Assembly (NCBI GenBank): GCA_038745585.1
Contig: JBCDLH010000004.1
Location: forward strand, 28,521-92,520
DNA: 64,000 nucleotides
Direction: 5' to 3'
Origin: Pseudomonadota bacterium
Lineage (GTDB): Bacteria; Pseudomonadota; Alphaproteobacteria; Rhodobacterales; Rhodobacteraceae
Below are positions 48,309 to 58,303 of the stretch, one piece after another. The translations under genes were made by a program, and so were the position numbers. Position 1 is the stretch's first letter. Every line of letters starts with the position of its first letter. The notes below the pieces were generated by a model that was not told where the DNA came from, did no database searches, and saw nothing but the letters and a program-made list of their open reading frames with translations.

Positions 48309-49217
48309 TCAACGTTTAATCTCGTCGGTGGTGCTGCGCGTTGACCTGTTCTGCAAACGCCTTGCCCAGGTCGCATTACGGTCTGGTTCCTTGCGTATCG
48401 GACAGCCGCCGCAATAGTCGCGTTCGGGAGCCTGATAGACAAGGCAGCAGGTTCGGCGCCGCCAAGTTGTGCCCTCAAGCTCGCCGAGCCGCTTCACGAT
48501 CATGTCTCCGGTCCGCCCTTGCCCTTCAATCTGGTCTCGGCTGGCGTTGAAGAAGGCGACGGCAGTAGCAGCAACATCTCTCCATGCGACCGTGGTATTA
48601 GCGTCGATAAATGTCAGCGCCATCCCGATCTGCGACGCGACCGCACCCTTCGCCAGAAGTGGCCCCAACCGATAGAGGACGCGCAACCGGTCGTGCAGTG
48701 GCAGAAGGTGTTGAATCAGGATCGATTCGACAGCTTGCGACGTTAGGTCAGGAACCGCGCGGACGTTAGCGTCCGGCAATGTGAAGCTTCGATCAGAAAA
48801 GACGACCGGGTCTCGAAGGTACACTTCGATCGGGCGACCTTCGGCATCGAACCGAAGCAGGAGGTTGGAGGCAGACATATCGGGTACCAGTCCCGATTGC
48901 ACCCACAACGCCAAGCCCGGCGCCGCGATCCGATAGGCATAGGCTTGCAGGAACAAGGTCGCGGCGACCCTCGGCTCGCTCGTTCCCAGACCTTTGCCAC
49001 GAGCGGCAACGAGGCCCTGCAACGCATCGTCGCCGATGCCATCGGCTGACTGCAGGTCGCCGTCGCTGAAGCCAGCGATGCTGAGCCGGAAGCGTTCGCC
49101 GATTGCCCCTGCATCCGCCACGGCTTGTGCGAAGCTAGCCGGCGCTGCTCGCTCCGACAAAGCTCTGTCAGCCGGGATTTCATCGGCAGCGGGTGTGATC
49201 ACAAGCTCGTCGATCAT
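48309..49217 (-). CDS. FhuF-like ferric-chelate reductase family protein with C-terminal 2Fe-2S motif
   Basis: The C-terminal RRRTCCLVYQAPERDYCGGCPI is exactly C-C-x10-C-x2-C, the FhuF cluster signature. The start overlaps the ATPase gene stop by 4 nt. Confidence 0.75.
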   Translation of the reverse strand: MIDELVITPAADEIPADRALSERAAPASFAQAVADAGAIGERFRLSIAGFSDGDLQSADGIGDDALQGLVAARGKGLGTSEPRVAATLFLQAYAYRIAAPGLALWVQSGLVPDMSASNLLLRFDAEGRPIEVYLRDPVVFSDRSFTLPDANVRAVPDLTSQAVESILIQHLLPLHDRLRVLYRLGPLLAKGAVASQIGMALTFIDANTTVAWRDVAATAVAFFNASRDQIEGQGRTGDMIVKRLGELEGTTWRRRTCCLVYQAPERDYCGGCPIRKEPDRNATWARRLQNRSTRSTTDEIKR

Positions 49218-50803
49218 GCGACGTCTGCCGCAGTGCGGTTGGGCATGTCTGAACTATCGGTGAGGACACCATCCTTCATGTGCAGCACGCGGTCGCAGAG
49301 ACTGCCAAGCATGCGTGTGTCGTGACTGACAACGATCAGGCCGGTGCCAGCATCGACCGCCTCACGAAGCAGCACGATGATTCCCGCCCCCGCTGAGACG
49401 TCCAGGGCCGAGGTCGGTTCATCGGCGATCAGGACGCGTGGTTTGTTGATAAGCGCACGGGCGATGGCGACACGCTGGCGCTGACCGCCTGAAAGGTTAT
49501 GAGGCCTTGCCGATGGATCGAGGTTTGAAAGCCCAACATGATCAAGTGCACCAATCGCGAGCTTGAGACGCTCAGCCTTCGAAGGGCGTGAAGGCCTGTG
49601 GCGCGCCATGAGTGGCTCTGTGATCGACCGCCAGATTGGCCAGTATGCATCCAAAGATGCGGTGGGGTCCTGAAGGATCGGCATAATTTCTCCAGGCCCT
49701 GGATAATCACGACCGTCGGCATATCGGACGCGCCCGGCCGTCGGCGGCTCGCGCATGCCCAGGACCCTTAGGAAGCTGGACTTTCCGCATCCAGACGGCC
49801 CGGCAATTCCGATGGCTTCGCCAGCATGGAGGGTCAAGCTTGCGCTTCGGACCGCCTGAACCGCGCCATAGTCTCGGCGCACCGCTTCAGCGCAAAGCAG
49901 TGGGTCGGATTGCATAGGCCGCTCCCGCGTTTGCTTCGGCGCCGCCGCCACGGGAAGCTCGGACAACAACTTGGCACGCGGAACGAAGCTTGCATCCGCA
50001 TCCGGTGCTCGCGGGTCAGGAGCCGTACCGGGGATTGGCCTGGGTAGTGTCTGTCCGTCGGGCGTCGCCTCGATTAAAGCACGGGTGTAAGCATGCTGCG
50101 GCGCGCGCAGCACCCGGTCACTCTCACCGATCTCCACGATGCGACCGGCGTAGAAGACCGCAACCCTCTCGGTGTGAGCGGCGACTAGGCCAAGGTCATG
50201 GCTGACCAACACGAGGCTACCGCTGCGGCGCGCCAGATCGGCTAGGATTGTATCGGCAAGGTCGGCGTCAAGCGCAGAGGTCGGCTCGTCCGCGATGACG
50301 ATTTGTGGATCGAGCGCAAGGGCGCCCGCAATGGCTGCCCGTTGGAGCATGCCCCCGCTCCAATCGGAAGGTCGTCGGCCCAGCCGCTCCCCCGGATCGG
50401 GCACATCCATCCGCTCCAATAGCGTGGTCATATCGGAGTGGCTCGGGCGGAAGCCGTGGGCGCGCCACGCTTCAGCCATCGACGTGCTAACCTTCAAAAC
50501 TGGCGTGAAACCCGCATAGGGGTCCTGGGCGACATAGCCCGCGACACGACCGCGAAGACGTCTCAGCTCCGAACGAGGCGCACGCTGGGGATCGATGCCA
50601 CCGACGCAAATACGGCCATGTGTCGTCGCACCGTCAGGCAGGAGTCCCGTAAGCGCGAGGGTTAGTGTCGACTTACCGCAGCCGGATTCTCCGACAATTG
50701 CAACGCGCTCGCCACGTTCGACGACCAGATCGATCCCTCGGAGAGCCCTTGCGCCATTGCCATATTGAACCTCCAGCCCATCAATCTCAATCAGCGCGGT
50801 CAT
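49214..50803 (-). CDS. ABC transporter ATP-binding protein, fused double NBD (Dpp/Opp/Nik D-F type)
   Basis: Two Walker A motifs (GESGCGKST, GPSGCGKSS) and two signature regions (WSGGMLQR, LSGGQRQR). The start is set at ATG 50803, an ATGA overlap with the permease stop. Confidence 0.9.
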   Translation of the reverse strand: MTALIEIDGLEVQYGNGARALRGIDLVVERGERVAIVGESGCGKSTLTLALTGLLPDGATTHGRICVGGIDPQRAPRSELRRLRGRVAGYVAQDPYAGFTPVLKVSTSMAEAWRAHGFRPSHSDMTTLLERMDVPDPGERLGRRPSDWSGGMLQRAAIAGALALDPQIVIADEPTSALDADLADTILADLARRSGSLVLVSHDLGLVAAHTERVAVFYAGRIVEIGESDRVLRAPQHAYTRALIEATPDGQTLPRPIPGTAPDPRAPDADASFVPRAKLLSELPVAAAPKQTRERPMQSDPLLCAEAVRRDYGAVQAVRSASLTLHAGEAIGIAGPSGCGKSSFLRVLGMREPPTAGRVRYADGRDYPGPGEIMPILQDPTASLDAYWPIWRSITEPLMARHRPSRPSKAERLKLAIGALDHVGLSNLDPSARPHNLSGGQRQRVAIARALINKPRVLIADEPTSALDVSAGAGIIVLLREAVDAGTGLIVVSHDTRMLGSLCDRVLHMKDGVLTDSSDMPNRTAADVA

Positions 50804-51645
50804 GCCTTGCTTCCATCCCGCAAAGCGTCGGCACAAAGGTTGGTCGCAGCGATGGTCCACAGGATGCACCCGGCCGGTGCGATGACCATCCAGGGCGCCT
50901 GAAACATGTAAATGCGCGCTTCGGCGAGTTGTGCACCCCACTCGGCGGAACCTGGCTCAGCCCCAAGTCCTAAGAACGACAGGCCGGCAAAACTCATAAC
51001 CACCCCACCGACCCGCAGGGTTGCCACGACAGACAGCTGAGCCACGAGGTGTGGAAGAATGTGTCCCGCGACAATCCGCGCCGTCGAAACTCCCGCAAGC
51101 TGGTCGGCCCATATGTCGGGTCGGTCTCGGGATTGGACGACATGGATGCGCGCAAGGCGACCGAGATAGGCCCAAGAAGCAACGGTCAGTGCGAGAAGCA
51201 GGTTGCCAAACCCCGGCCCAAGGATACCGAGAACGGCTAGCGCGATGACGAGATCAGGAATGGCGAGAACTACATCGATCAATCGCATCAGGATCGTGTC
51301 GACGATCCGACCAGAGAGCCCCGCGATCAGTCCAACAGCGATGCTTATGACCAAGGCGCCACCAACGATGAGGAACGTAGCGAGTAGCGTGGTTCTGGCA
51401 CCGGCGGCGACCCGCGCAAGGACATCGCGGCCAAGGTGGTCTGTGCCAAACGGATGAGCGATGCTCGGAGGTTGCAAACGCTCTAGCGGGTTCAGCTGAT
51501 AGGCTCCACCTTCGGTAAAGCTAGGCCCAAACACTGCAAGGAGACCGAGAACAACCAGAAGACCAAGCCCGGCTCGGCCTTGCGGACTTAAGAACAGCCC
51601 TTGAGCTTGCCCCCGGCGACCGACTGAAGATTCGACAGCACTCAT
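50800..51645 (-). CDS. ABC transporter permease (DppC/NikC-like)
   Basis: 281 aa with 6 TM-like segments. Its position and size match the second permease of family-5 peptide/nickel importers. Stops and starts overlap on both sides. Confidence 0.85.
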   Translation of the reverse strand: MSAVESSVGRRGQAQGLFLSPQGRAGLGLLVVLGLLAVFGPSFTEGGAYQLNPLERLQPPSIAHPFGTDHLGRDVLARVAAGARTTLLATFLIVGGALVISIAVGLIAGLSGRIVDTILMRLIDVVLAIPDLVIALAVLGILGPGFGNLLLALTVASWAYLGRLARIHVVQSRDRPDIWADQLAGVSTARIVAGHILPHLVAQLSVVATLRVGGVVMSFAGLSFLGLGAEPGSAEWGAQLAEARIYMFQAPWMVIAPAGCILWTIAATNLCADALRDGSKA

Positions 51646-52595
51646 CGCACGCGGTCCGGATCGGCGTCGGGATCAATGGCTGCCGCCGCAATGTCGGCCG
51701 CCAGGCTGCTCGCCACATAGACCAGCGTCGCGTAAATCGCGTAGCCTTGGATGACAGGCATATCCCGCGCACTCACGGCTTGCACCGCATAGGAACCAAG
51801 ACCTGGCCAGGTGAACACCGCCTCAATCACCGGCGCACCCGACAGGATTGCGCCGATGCCCAAACCGACCGCGTGAAGAAATGACGGCGCTGCGACCGGC
51901 AGTGCATGACGCGTCAGAATCCGCCCCTCGGTCAAACCTCGGGCACGAAGCGTCAGGGCGAAGCGTTTGCCTTGCGCGACGATCAGATCGGAACGAAGAA
52001 GCCGCGACCAAGTCGCGAAGACACCGAGTGAAAGAGCCAAAGCCGGCAACCAGACGCCCGCCCACGTACCATCACCAATGACCGCTCCCCACTCGCCTCG
52101 AACCACGACGAACTCGAGGATTATGAAGCCTATTAAGAAAGCTGGAAGTGCTGCTGTGAGGAAGGCGAACACTCTGAGAAGACTGTCTGGCCATTGATTG
52201 CGCCACCTGGCTGCAATCAGAGCTGCAGCGACAGAAATCAGGAGCGCGATTGCCAGCGTTGCGACCGTCAGTCGGACAGTTGCGGGCAAACGCTGTTGCA
52301 TCTCTTGAATCACTGGACGACCGGACTGATAGGAAATGCCCAGATCGCCGCGCAAGACGCCGCTGGCCCAGATCGAGTACTGTTCTGGCAAGGGTCGGTC
52401 GAGACCGTAGAGTTCGGTGACTTCCGCAACCTCTTCTGCGGTGGGGTCCAAGACGCCTTGGGCCTGTAAGATGCGGAACGCTGGATCACCCGGAGCGAGG
52501 GGGATGAGCATCCAAATGAGGATGCTCGCCCCAAACGCCGCGGCTAGCGCGCCAGCCGCCCTTCGCAGGATTTGGGCAAAAGAGCCGCGAGCCAT
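51642..52595 (-). CDS. ABC transporter permease (DppB/NikB-like)
   Basis: ILRRAAGALAAAFGASILIWMLIPLAPGDPA is the typical N-terminus of DppB-type permeases. The start is set at Met 52595, 18 nt after the SBP stop. Confidence 0.85.
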   Translation of the reverse strand: MARGSFAQILRRAAGALAAAFGASILIWMLIPLAPGDPAFRILQAQGVLDPTAEEVAEVTELYGLDRPLPEQYSIWASGVLRGDLGISYQSGRPVIQEMQQRLPATVRLTVATLAIALLISVAAALIAARWRNQWPDSLLRVFAFLTAALPAFLIGFIILEFVVVRGEWGAVIGDGTWAGVWLPALALSLGVFATWSRLLRSDLIVAQGKRFALTLRARGLTEGRILTRHALPVAAPSFLHAVGLGIGAILSGAPVIEAVFTWPGLGSYAVQAVSARDMPVIQGYAIYATLVYVASSLAADIAAAAIDPDADPDRVR

Positions 52596-52612
52596 GTCGG
52601 TCACTCGGGCTT

Positions 52613-54175
52613 TTACGGGTTCGTCGGCACCGTATCCCAGCGGAAGTGGCGGAACCAATTCGACAGCTGGTAGTCCTGGTAAGTCTCGTCGACGACCAGA
52701 GATGGCCGCTGCATCGTGACGGCGATCAGATAGGCCCGCTCTTCGACCATAAGCCGCTGAAGCTGCTGAAAGAGTTCCAACTTACGATCCGGATCGAACT
52801 CCGAGATGAGATCAGCCGCCAACTGGTCGAGTTCGGGATCGGCCGTCCGGCCATAGTTCTGGACCGAGTCCGACAGGTGGTAGCGGGTCAGTTGTGTCTC
52901 ATAGCTCCCCGACCATTGCGACAGGGTGCCATTTGAAACGACAGCCGCGTTCCAGTCATCGGTTTCGAGTGCAATGTCGCCGACCCGTTCGACCTGCTGT
53001 ACCTCAATGTCGATACCGATCGGGGCGAGTTGCTGTTCCACGGCAAGCGCCATGGTCACATGGTCCGACCGCCCGCCTGTGGCAAGCAGTACGATCCGAA
53101 GGTCCTCGCCGTCACGGTCGCGGATACCGTCTCCGTCGCTGTCGACCCAGCCGGCTTCGTCCAAGAGCGCTGCAGCCGCCGACTGATCGGTTATCTGGTT
53201 CGCCAGAGAGCCCGCAAACTCTGCCGGATAAAGACCAGTTGCCGTGCTCATATATCCGGCCATAAAGTCTTCGGCGATTTCGCGATAGTCGATCGCAAGG
53301 CTCAGGGCACGACGAACCGGAATCTCATCCAAGGGCGGCACGGCCTGGTTCATTTCGATCCGGATCGAGCTTTCCCAATCCGCTTGCAGGAAGAACGCCT
53401 GCGGGTCGTTTTCAAGCAGAGGACCGTAATCTACTGACATCTGCCGCGCCCAATGCGCTTCGCCGGCGCGTACCGCTGTCAGGCGGGCTTGCGCATCAGG
53501 AATGTTGAGAACGCGCACGCCCGGCAGCGGCGGCGTGCCTTGCCAGTAGTTCTCGTTCCTGGTGAGCACTAATTCAGTGTCGGAGTAGCTTTCAACGACG
53601 AATGGTCCGGTCATGTAGCCGGATGCCGCAAACGCGTCTTCGTCGCCATTTGCCGCTCGTACGGCATCAAGATCATAGACGACGAAGGCATTATACTGGA
53701 CAAGCTTGCGTGGAACGACGGAGTCAGGTTCGGGCGTGGTGATGACGACCGTGTAGTCGCCTGTAACCTCGGCTTGCAGATCCGGCAGGAGCGCGCCAGC
53801 GAGCGTCGAGTTGGCTGACTGATACTCGAGAAACGCCGCCAACCGCTCCGCATTCAGCGTTGTGCCGTTCTGGAAGGAAATGCCTTCGCGCAAGACAAGT
53901 TCCCACTGGGTTGGCGCGATGTTGACGAGCGACTCGAGCAGCCATGGCACCGGTTCGCCTTCCGGGGTCATTGTCATCAGCGTCTCGCCAACGCCCCATC
54001 TGAGTTGCCAGGCCTGGTTCATTGCCGTCGGATCGAGTGTGTTGATCGCACGATGCGACGCAATGACGAGAGGTTCGGTAATCTGTTGTGCGGCTGTAAG
54101 ACTGACGGTGCCCAAAAGGAGTGGGACAGTGGTGATCGCAGCGGCGATGCTGCGCGAGAGCACTTTGCGGGACAT
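52613..54175 (-). CDS. ABC transporter substrate-binding protein, family 5 (peptide/nickel/metal-chelate type)
   Basis: 520 aa with a signal peptide (AAAITTVPLLLGTVSLTAAQQ). LVLTRNENYWQG is a typical SBP_bac_5 motif. Confidence 0.85.
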   Translation of the reverse strand: MSRKVLSRSIAAAITTVPLLLGTVSLTAAQQITEPLVIASHRAINTLDPTAMNQAWQLRWGVGETLMTMTPEGEPVPWLLESLVNIAPTQWELVLREGISFQNGTTLNAERLAAFLEYQSANSTLAGALLPDLQAEVTGDYTVVITTPEPDSVVPRKLVQYNAFVVYDLDAVRAANGDEDAFAASGYMTGPFVVESYSDTELVLTRNENYWQGTPPLPGVRVLNIPDAQARLTAVRAGEAHWARQMSVDYGPLLENDPQAFFLQADWESSIRIEMNQAVPPLDEIPVRRALSLAIDYREIAEDFMAGYMSTATGLYPAEFAGSLANQITDQSAAAALLDEAGWVDSDGDGIRDRDGEDLRIVLLATGGRSDHVTMALAVEQQLAPIGIDIEVQQVERVGDIALETDDWNAAVVSNGTLSQWSGSYETQLTRYHLSDSVQNYGRTADPELDQLAADLISEFDPDRKLELFQQLQRLMVEERAYLIAVTMQRPSLVVDETYQDYQLSNWFRHFRWDTVPTNP

Positions 54176-54409
54176 TCAGATTTTCCATGGCGAGAGTCTG
54201 GGTGCGGGACAACCAGTTTGCCTGATCGTGCCGATCGGATCGGGAACCCAACATCGAAGGATCTGAAGCGAAGGTGCTAACGGACGCACGACCAGCGGAA
54301 TGCGGTCTTGCATTCCAGCGGGCCAAGAATGAACGAGGGATGAGTTCATCATCCACCCGGAAAGGGCATGCGCCATAGTTCCCCCTTCGGCCCTCCGCCG
54401 GAAGTCGGT

Positions 54410-54600
54410 GATCTCGAGGCGAAGGCCGGTCTCCTGGCTCACGGTTAAACAGCGCCCGCCTTCCAGACCGGTGGCCCGTGGCATTCTGGGCGCTGCCATT
54501 CCGCTTACAGTTGCGGGGGCAGCTGCAGATTAAGGCACATAGCCCGCACTGCATTCCCGTTTCACTTCCGAGGGGGAAGCACCTTCAACGATCTGAGGGT
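54410..54600 (-). promoter_or_regulatory. cobalamin (B12) riboswitch
   Basis: The minus-strand RNA reads GGTGCTTCCCCCTCGGAAGTGAAACGGGAATGCAGTGCGGG...AATCTGCAGCTGCCCCCGCAACTGTAAGCGG...GCCACGGGCCACCGGTCTGGAAGGCGGGC...GAGCCAGGAGACCGGCC. This includes the AACGGGAA core, GCCCCCGCAACTGTAA, GCCAC.GG...GGGAAGGC and the B12 box AGCCAGGAGACCGGCC. It lies about 235 nt upstream of the SBP gene. Confidence 0.85.
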
Positions 54601-55086
54601 GCACATTCTGGTGTTGAAGATCAAGTTGGAATCGGTTGGCAGATACAAGTCCGCTTCGTTGGAGGTCGCTCCGAGCACCGGATTGCCCTGGTCTTTGCGC
54701 TGTCCAAGCGCCGCGGACGGCTACTGTCGCTGGCATGCAGCCTTGCAGCGGCTGCGGACAGAGCCTGGGGAACGGACACGAGCATATGTCCGGTTTGCCG
54801 CTAAGGGCAGACATCATGAGGGCAGTACAGGCAGGTCAGCTTTGGGACAGCAAAGCTTCGGCGCTGACGAGACACCAAGGTCTCAGATGGGCTCCAAGTG
54901 GACCTTCGCTACGAGGGCGAGCCTCACCGGCCACGACGGGACGGTGTCGCAAGGCCGGTCTGCGGACAAAGTGTGAATTCGCTGCGGCTGCGCGAATGGC
55001 AACTTCCTCGAACGGGTTACCTCAACGCTCCAAGAGTGTTCATCTGGCATCATCGATCCGTGCAAACTCAATAGAAAATCCCAGGC

Positions 55087-56106
55087 TCATTCGTCATCCA
55101 AAACGCTATCGTCTGACCAAAAGAATTGCGCCATTTCCATCTCTCCTGACCGCAGGTGCTCCTGCGAAATGGCAAGCGTCATGAAGTTCTGAAATATGCC
55201 TTTGCCATCAAGTTGATAAACGAGTTGAAGCAAAACTCTGTCTAGCGCGGGGCCGCAGCTTGGGTTGCGTTGCTGAGGTGTTAGATAAATCGGGTGTCCG
55301 CCCACGCGATGTACCCTCTGCCGCATTCCTAAGCTGACACTTTCATCATCGAGACCGCGAAGGGCTTTTCTTGCACTTTTGGAAAGGACGGGGCGTGGCG
55401 CGGCACCATAGTCGTTACAGAAAAGTGCGCTATGGGGCTGGGGTAAGACATAGGCCGGTGGCCGGACAAATGCGAGCGCCGTTTCGACGGCCCACCCGCA
55501 TCCTGCCCCAGCTTCGATCTTGTCCCATTCACTGTCGCTAAGGTCCTTCAGCATGTAAAACGGCGTCGCCAATTTTGCATCAGGGGCTGCGTTCACGCCG
55601 ACCGGGCGTGTCAGTTCATATCCACCGACGGGATCGGAATACCATCGGACAACATGAAAAATGTCTGGGTGTTGCTCTGCATGCGCCGACCCGTCCGCAA
55701 TCGAAAGCGTGGTCGTGATCGCAGCAAAGACTTGTAGCAAACCTTTGCGCGGAAAGTCTTGCATCGCTGGAAGCTGCGCAAAGTTGATCTGTGCGAGAAA
55801 ACACAAAGGAACACCAGTTTCAGAGACAGGCCATTTTTGGGAGGTATCAGGGACCCAGGGCAACCCTCCCCCTAGTTTTGTATCCGCAGGTCCACTGTCT
55901 TTGCTTCGTTCGAGTTCCAATGAGACCATTGGCAAAGTCGTTGCCTCCATGAGTTCCAATGCAGCCGCGACCTCGTTGGATGAAATTGGCTTCCTAAACG
56001 CCTTTTCTTTCGCCAATTCGACGGCATCAAATTGGTCACACAGGAACCTGAACAGGACATAAATTGATAGCGCGCCAAGAGAGAACCAAAAGAACAACAA
56101 CCGCAC
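55087..56106 (-). CDS. DUF1963 (YwqG-like) domain protein with N-terminal TM segment
   Basis: GGGLPWVPDTSQKWPVSETGVPLCFLAQINFAQLPAMQDFPRKGLLQVF matches the YwqG-family core pattern (GG.P..P...WP....PL.FLAQI....LP..GLL.FF). Confidence 0.7.
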   Translation of the reverse strand: MRLLFFWFSLGALSIYVLFRFLCDQFDAVELAKEKAFRKPISSNEVAAALELMEATTLPMVSLELERSKDSGPADTKLGGGLPWVPDTSQKWPVSETGVPLCFLAQINFAQLPAMQDFPRKGLLQVFAAITTTLSIADGSAHAEQHPDIFHVVRWYSDPVGGYELTRPVGVNAAPDAKLATPFYMLKDLSDSEWDKIEAGAGCGWAVETALAFVRPPAYVLPQPHSALFCNDYGAAPRPVLSKSARKALRGLDDESVSLGMRQRVHRVGGHPIYLTPQQRNPSCGPALDRVLLQLVYQLDGKGIFQNFMTLAISQEHLRSGEMEMAQFFWSDDSVLDDE

Positions 56107-56343
56107 CTCGCTTTCAAATCGTCAGCGCACATTAGATACGGTGCAGCATGTTGGCAAAGAGGGCTCTTATGCGGGCGTTAGCTGCACCATCGCCCAATTT
56201 CGGCTGTCGTCGATAGAGGCCATCAGCTTCGGTCGGTCGCAGCGTCCGGATCGCAGACAAAACGGGCTGTCGCCGCAGTCGGTACGAATGTCTGTTCTTT
56301 TGATCTATACCTGACGACATATGGCGGTCGAAACAGTCAGTCA

Positions 56344-57354
56344 TCAGGTGTCAGGCCTCACGTCCCTGTCTTTGATCCATGTTGCCATGTCCCGCAGAGC
56401 GCCGGGAGCGAAGGCGTGTCGGCCCTCCAGGACGAAGCGGGCGCGGACGTGCCAAGGCCACTCCTCGGCGAGCTGCCAGTTGTAGGGCACCGAGTTGAGC
56501 AGGGCGTGGGTGGCGTCGCGCACAACCCGGATTTCGTTCGCCGAATGTTTGTCGCCTAATAGAGCACGGTACGTAGCCGCATCGGCCTCGGCGTCGACGT
56601 TCAGGTCATCAGCACCCCAGATGGCGAGGATCGGCAGGGTCGACCGCGCCAATTCCTCGGTTGCGTCGGCGTCCCTGTTGGTGCGTACGAAGCGCCAGCG
56701 GGCGGGCGTCATCCCGTCCGGTACATCCTCCAGGCCGGCCGCCGGACCGAAGGCCACCGCATCGGCCTCTGCCTCGCGCGCTAGGACCTCCGTGATCTCC
56801 GCCTCGGTAGCGCCGGCGCGGCGGAGTCGGACGCGGGTGTAGTAGTCGCCCTGTGCCTGCCACGAGACGGCCGGACCGATCAACACGAGGAAATCCGCCT
56901 CGCCAGGTGCGAGGCTCGGCAACACCCAGCCCGCCTGCGAGAAGCCGAGCGCCCCCACCCCGATGCCCCCCAGCCGATCGCGTAGCACGGCAAGTGCGGC
57001 GCGCGTCTCCGCCGTCCGGTCTGCCATTGACTGGTCCAGCCAATCCCCCTCGGACGCACCCACGCCAGGTTTGTCCCAGGATGCCACGGCGATCCCCTGG
57101 TCGAGCAATGCGTTCACCAGCGGCGGATAGCCCTCGCTACCCGTCCGGTCCTGCCGCCCGTCGCCATGGACAAGAACCACCGCCGCCTCGGGTTGCCCAT
57201 TCGGCAGCCACAGCGTCCCCACCACGGCGGACCCACCCGCGTCGAACGTAAAGGGTTCGGAGGTGCGACGATCCAAGTCATGATCGGCCAGGCGCCAGAG
57301 CGCGAAGGCCAGGATTACGCCAAGCCCGGCGATGATCAGCAGTGTAATTCGCAT
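56344..57354 (-). CDS. secreted alpha/beta hydrolase
   Basis: N-terminal signal/TM segment, VVLVHGDG, and the nucleophile elbow GALGFSQAGWVL. Confidence 0.75.
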   Translation of the reverse strand: MRITLLIIAGLGVILAFALWRLADHDLDRRTSEPFTFDAGGSAVVGTLWLPNGQPEAAVVLVHGDGRQDRTGSEGYPPLVNALLDQGIAVASWDKPGVGASEGDWLDQSMADRTAETRAALAVLRDRLGGIGVGALGFSQAGWVLPSLAPGEADFLVLIGPAVSWQAQGDYYTRVRLRRAGATEAEITEVLAREAEADAVAFGPAAGLEDVPDGMTPARWRFVRTNRDADATEELARSTLPILAIWGADDLNVDAEADAATYRALLGDKHSANEIRVVRDATHALLNSVPYNWQLAEEWPWHVRARFVLEGRHAFAPGALRDMATWIKDRDVRPDT

Positions 57355-57403
57355 GGCATCATTCTACCGTGGCCGCGTCTCAAAAACATGTAGAATATGA
57401 CCG

Positions 57404-58019
57404 ATGAGCGATACTGAGCATCCTCCGCATAACATCGAAATCCCGCACGGACCACGACACGGCGATCACACCCAGGCCGCGCAGGGCTATTGGAAGGCCT
57501 TCGCGCGCAGGCTGCGCTATCCGCTTGGGCCGGAAGACAAGGCAACAGCCTTCAGCGAACGCGTCCTCGATCGCGACCATGCCATCAGTGCGGTCGCGCC
57601 GGACGGCACATTCCTCGGCGTCGCTGGCTTCAAATCCCCAATGGCGCCTTCGTCGGAGGCAGGTTTCGGGATCTCGTGGCGGTCTAAGGATGGGTCGTCG
57701 CGTGCTGGAGGGGCGTTGTCGTGAGCGTCCTCGAACGACGCGGCGAGGAAGGCATCTTGCTGATGGAAGGCGTCTTCGTGACGCCCGCCGCGCGGGGGGG
57801 CGTGGCGTCGGTACCGCCGTGCTGGCCGCGATCTAGCGGCGTGCCGCCAAAGCGGGTCTGGCACGCATCCGCCTCGACGTGATCGACACAAACCCGCGCG
57901 CCCGCGCCCTCTACGAGCGTAAGGGTTTCAAGGAGGTCGCCGCGACATCTCTCGGCCTCCACTCGCCGATCTTCGGCTTCTCGCGCGCCGCGCAGATGAG
58001 CAAGACCGTCCGAGGGTGA
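57404..58019 (+). pseudogene. GNAT-family N-acetyltransferase pseudogene (several frameshifts plus an in-frame TAG)
   Basis: GNAT pieces lie in three frames: ...DGTFLGVAGFKSP / ILLMEGVFVTPAARG / GRGVGTAVLAAI-TAG-RRAAKAGLARIRLDVIDTNPRARALYERKGFKEV. One frame change coincides with a run of 7 G at about 57794-57800. Confidence 0.75.
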
Positions 58020-58303
58020 TTGTGCTCAGAGCAGGCGAAGGCATTGGTCGGTCCCACACGTTCGATATGTGTGCACACTGACGGTGCTTTGCCGCGGAAC
58101 ATGTAGACCGTTTTAGCACGGTCGTTCTTGCGCTTTGGAACGAAACGGCTCGCCGGTCTAGACCCATCTGAAACCGCCGAAGCTGCCGTTCGTACGTCAC
58201 GCAACACCTGTCACTCTGGGCTCTTTGCTGTCATCCGACTGTTTCCGATGCGCGTTGAGTCCCCCGTTTCATTGGTGAACCGACCCAGCCCGGGTACAGA
58301 CCA

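Noticed and set aside
54601-55086. ORFs 54599..54976(+), 54636..55184(+) and 54883..55071(-) in the gap between the riboswitch and the DUF1963 gene
   Set aside because: They have no RBS, low-complexity Arg/Ser/Gly-rich translations and no motifs. The region is more likely the promoter or upstream region of the riboswitch operon, or decayed sequence.
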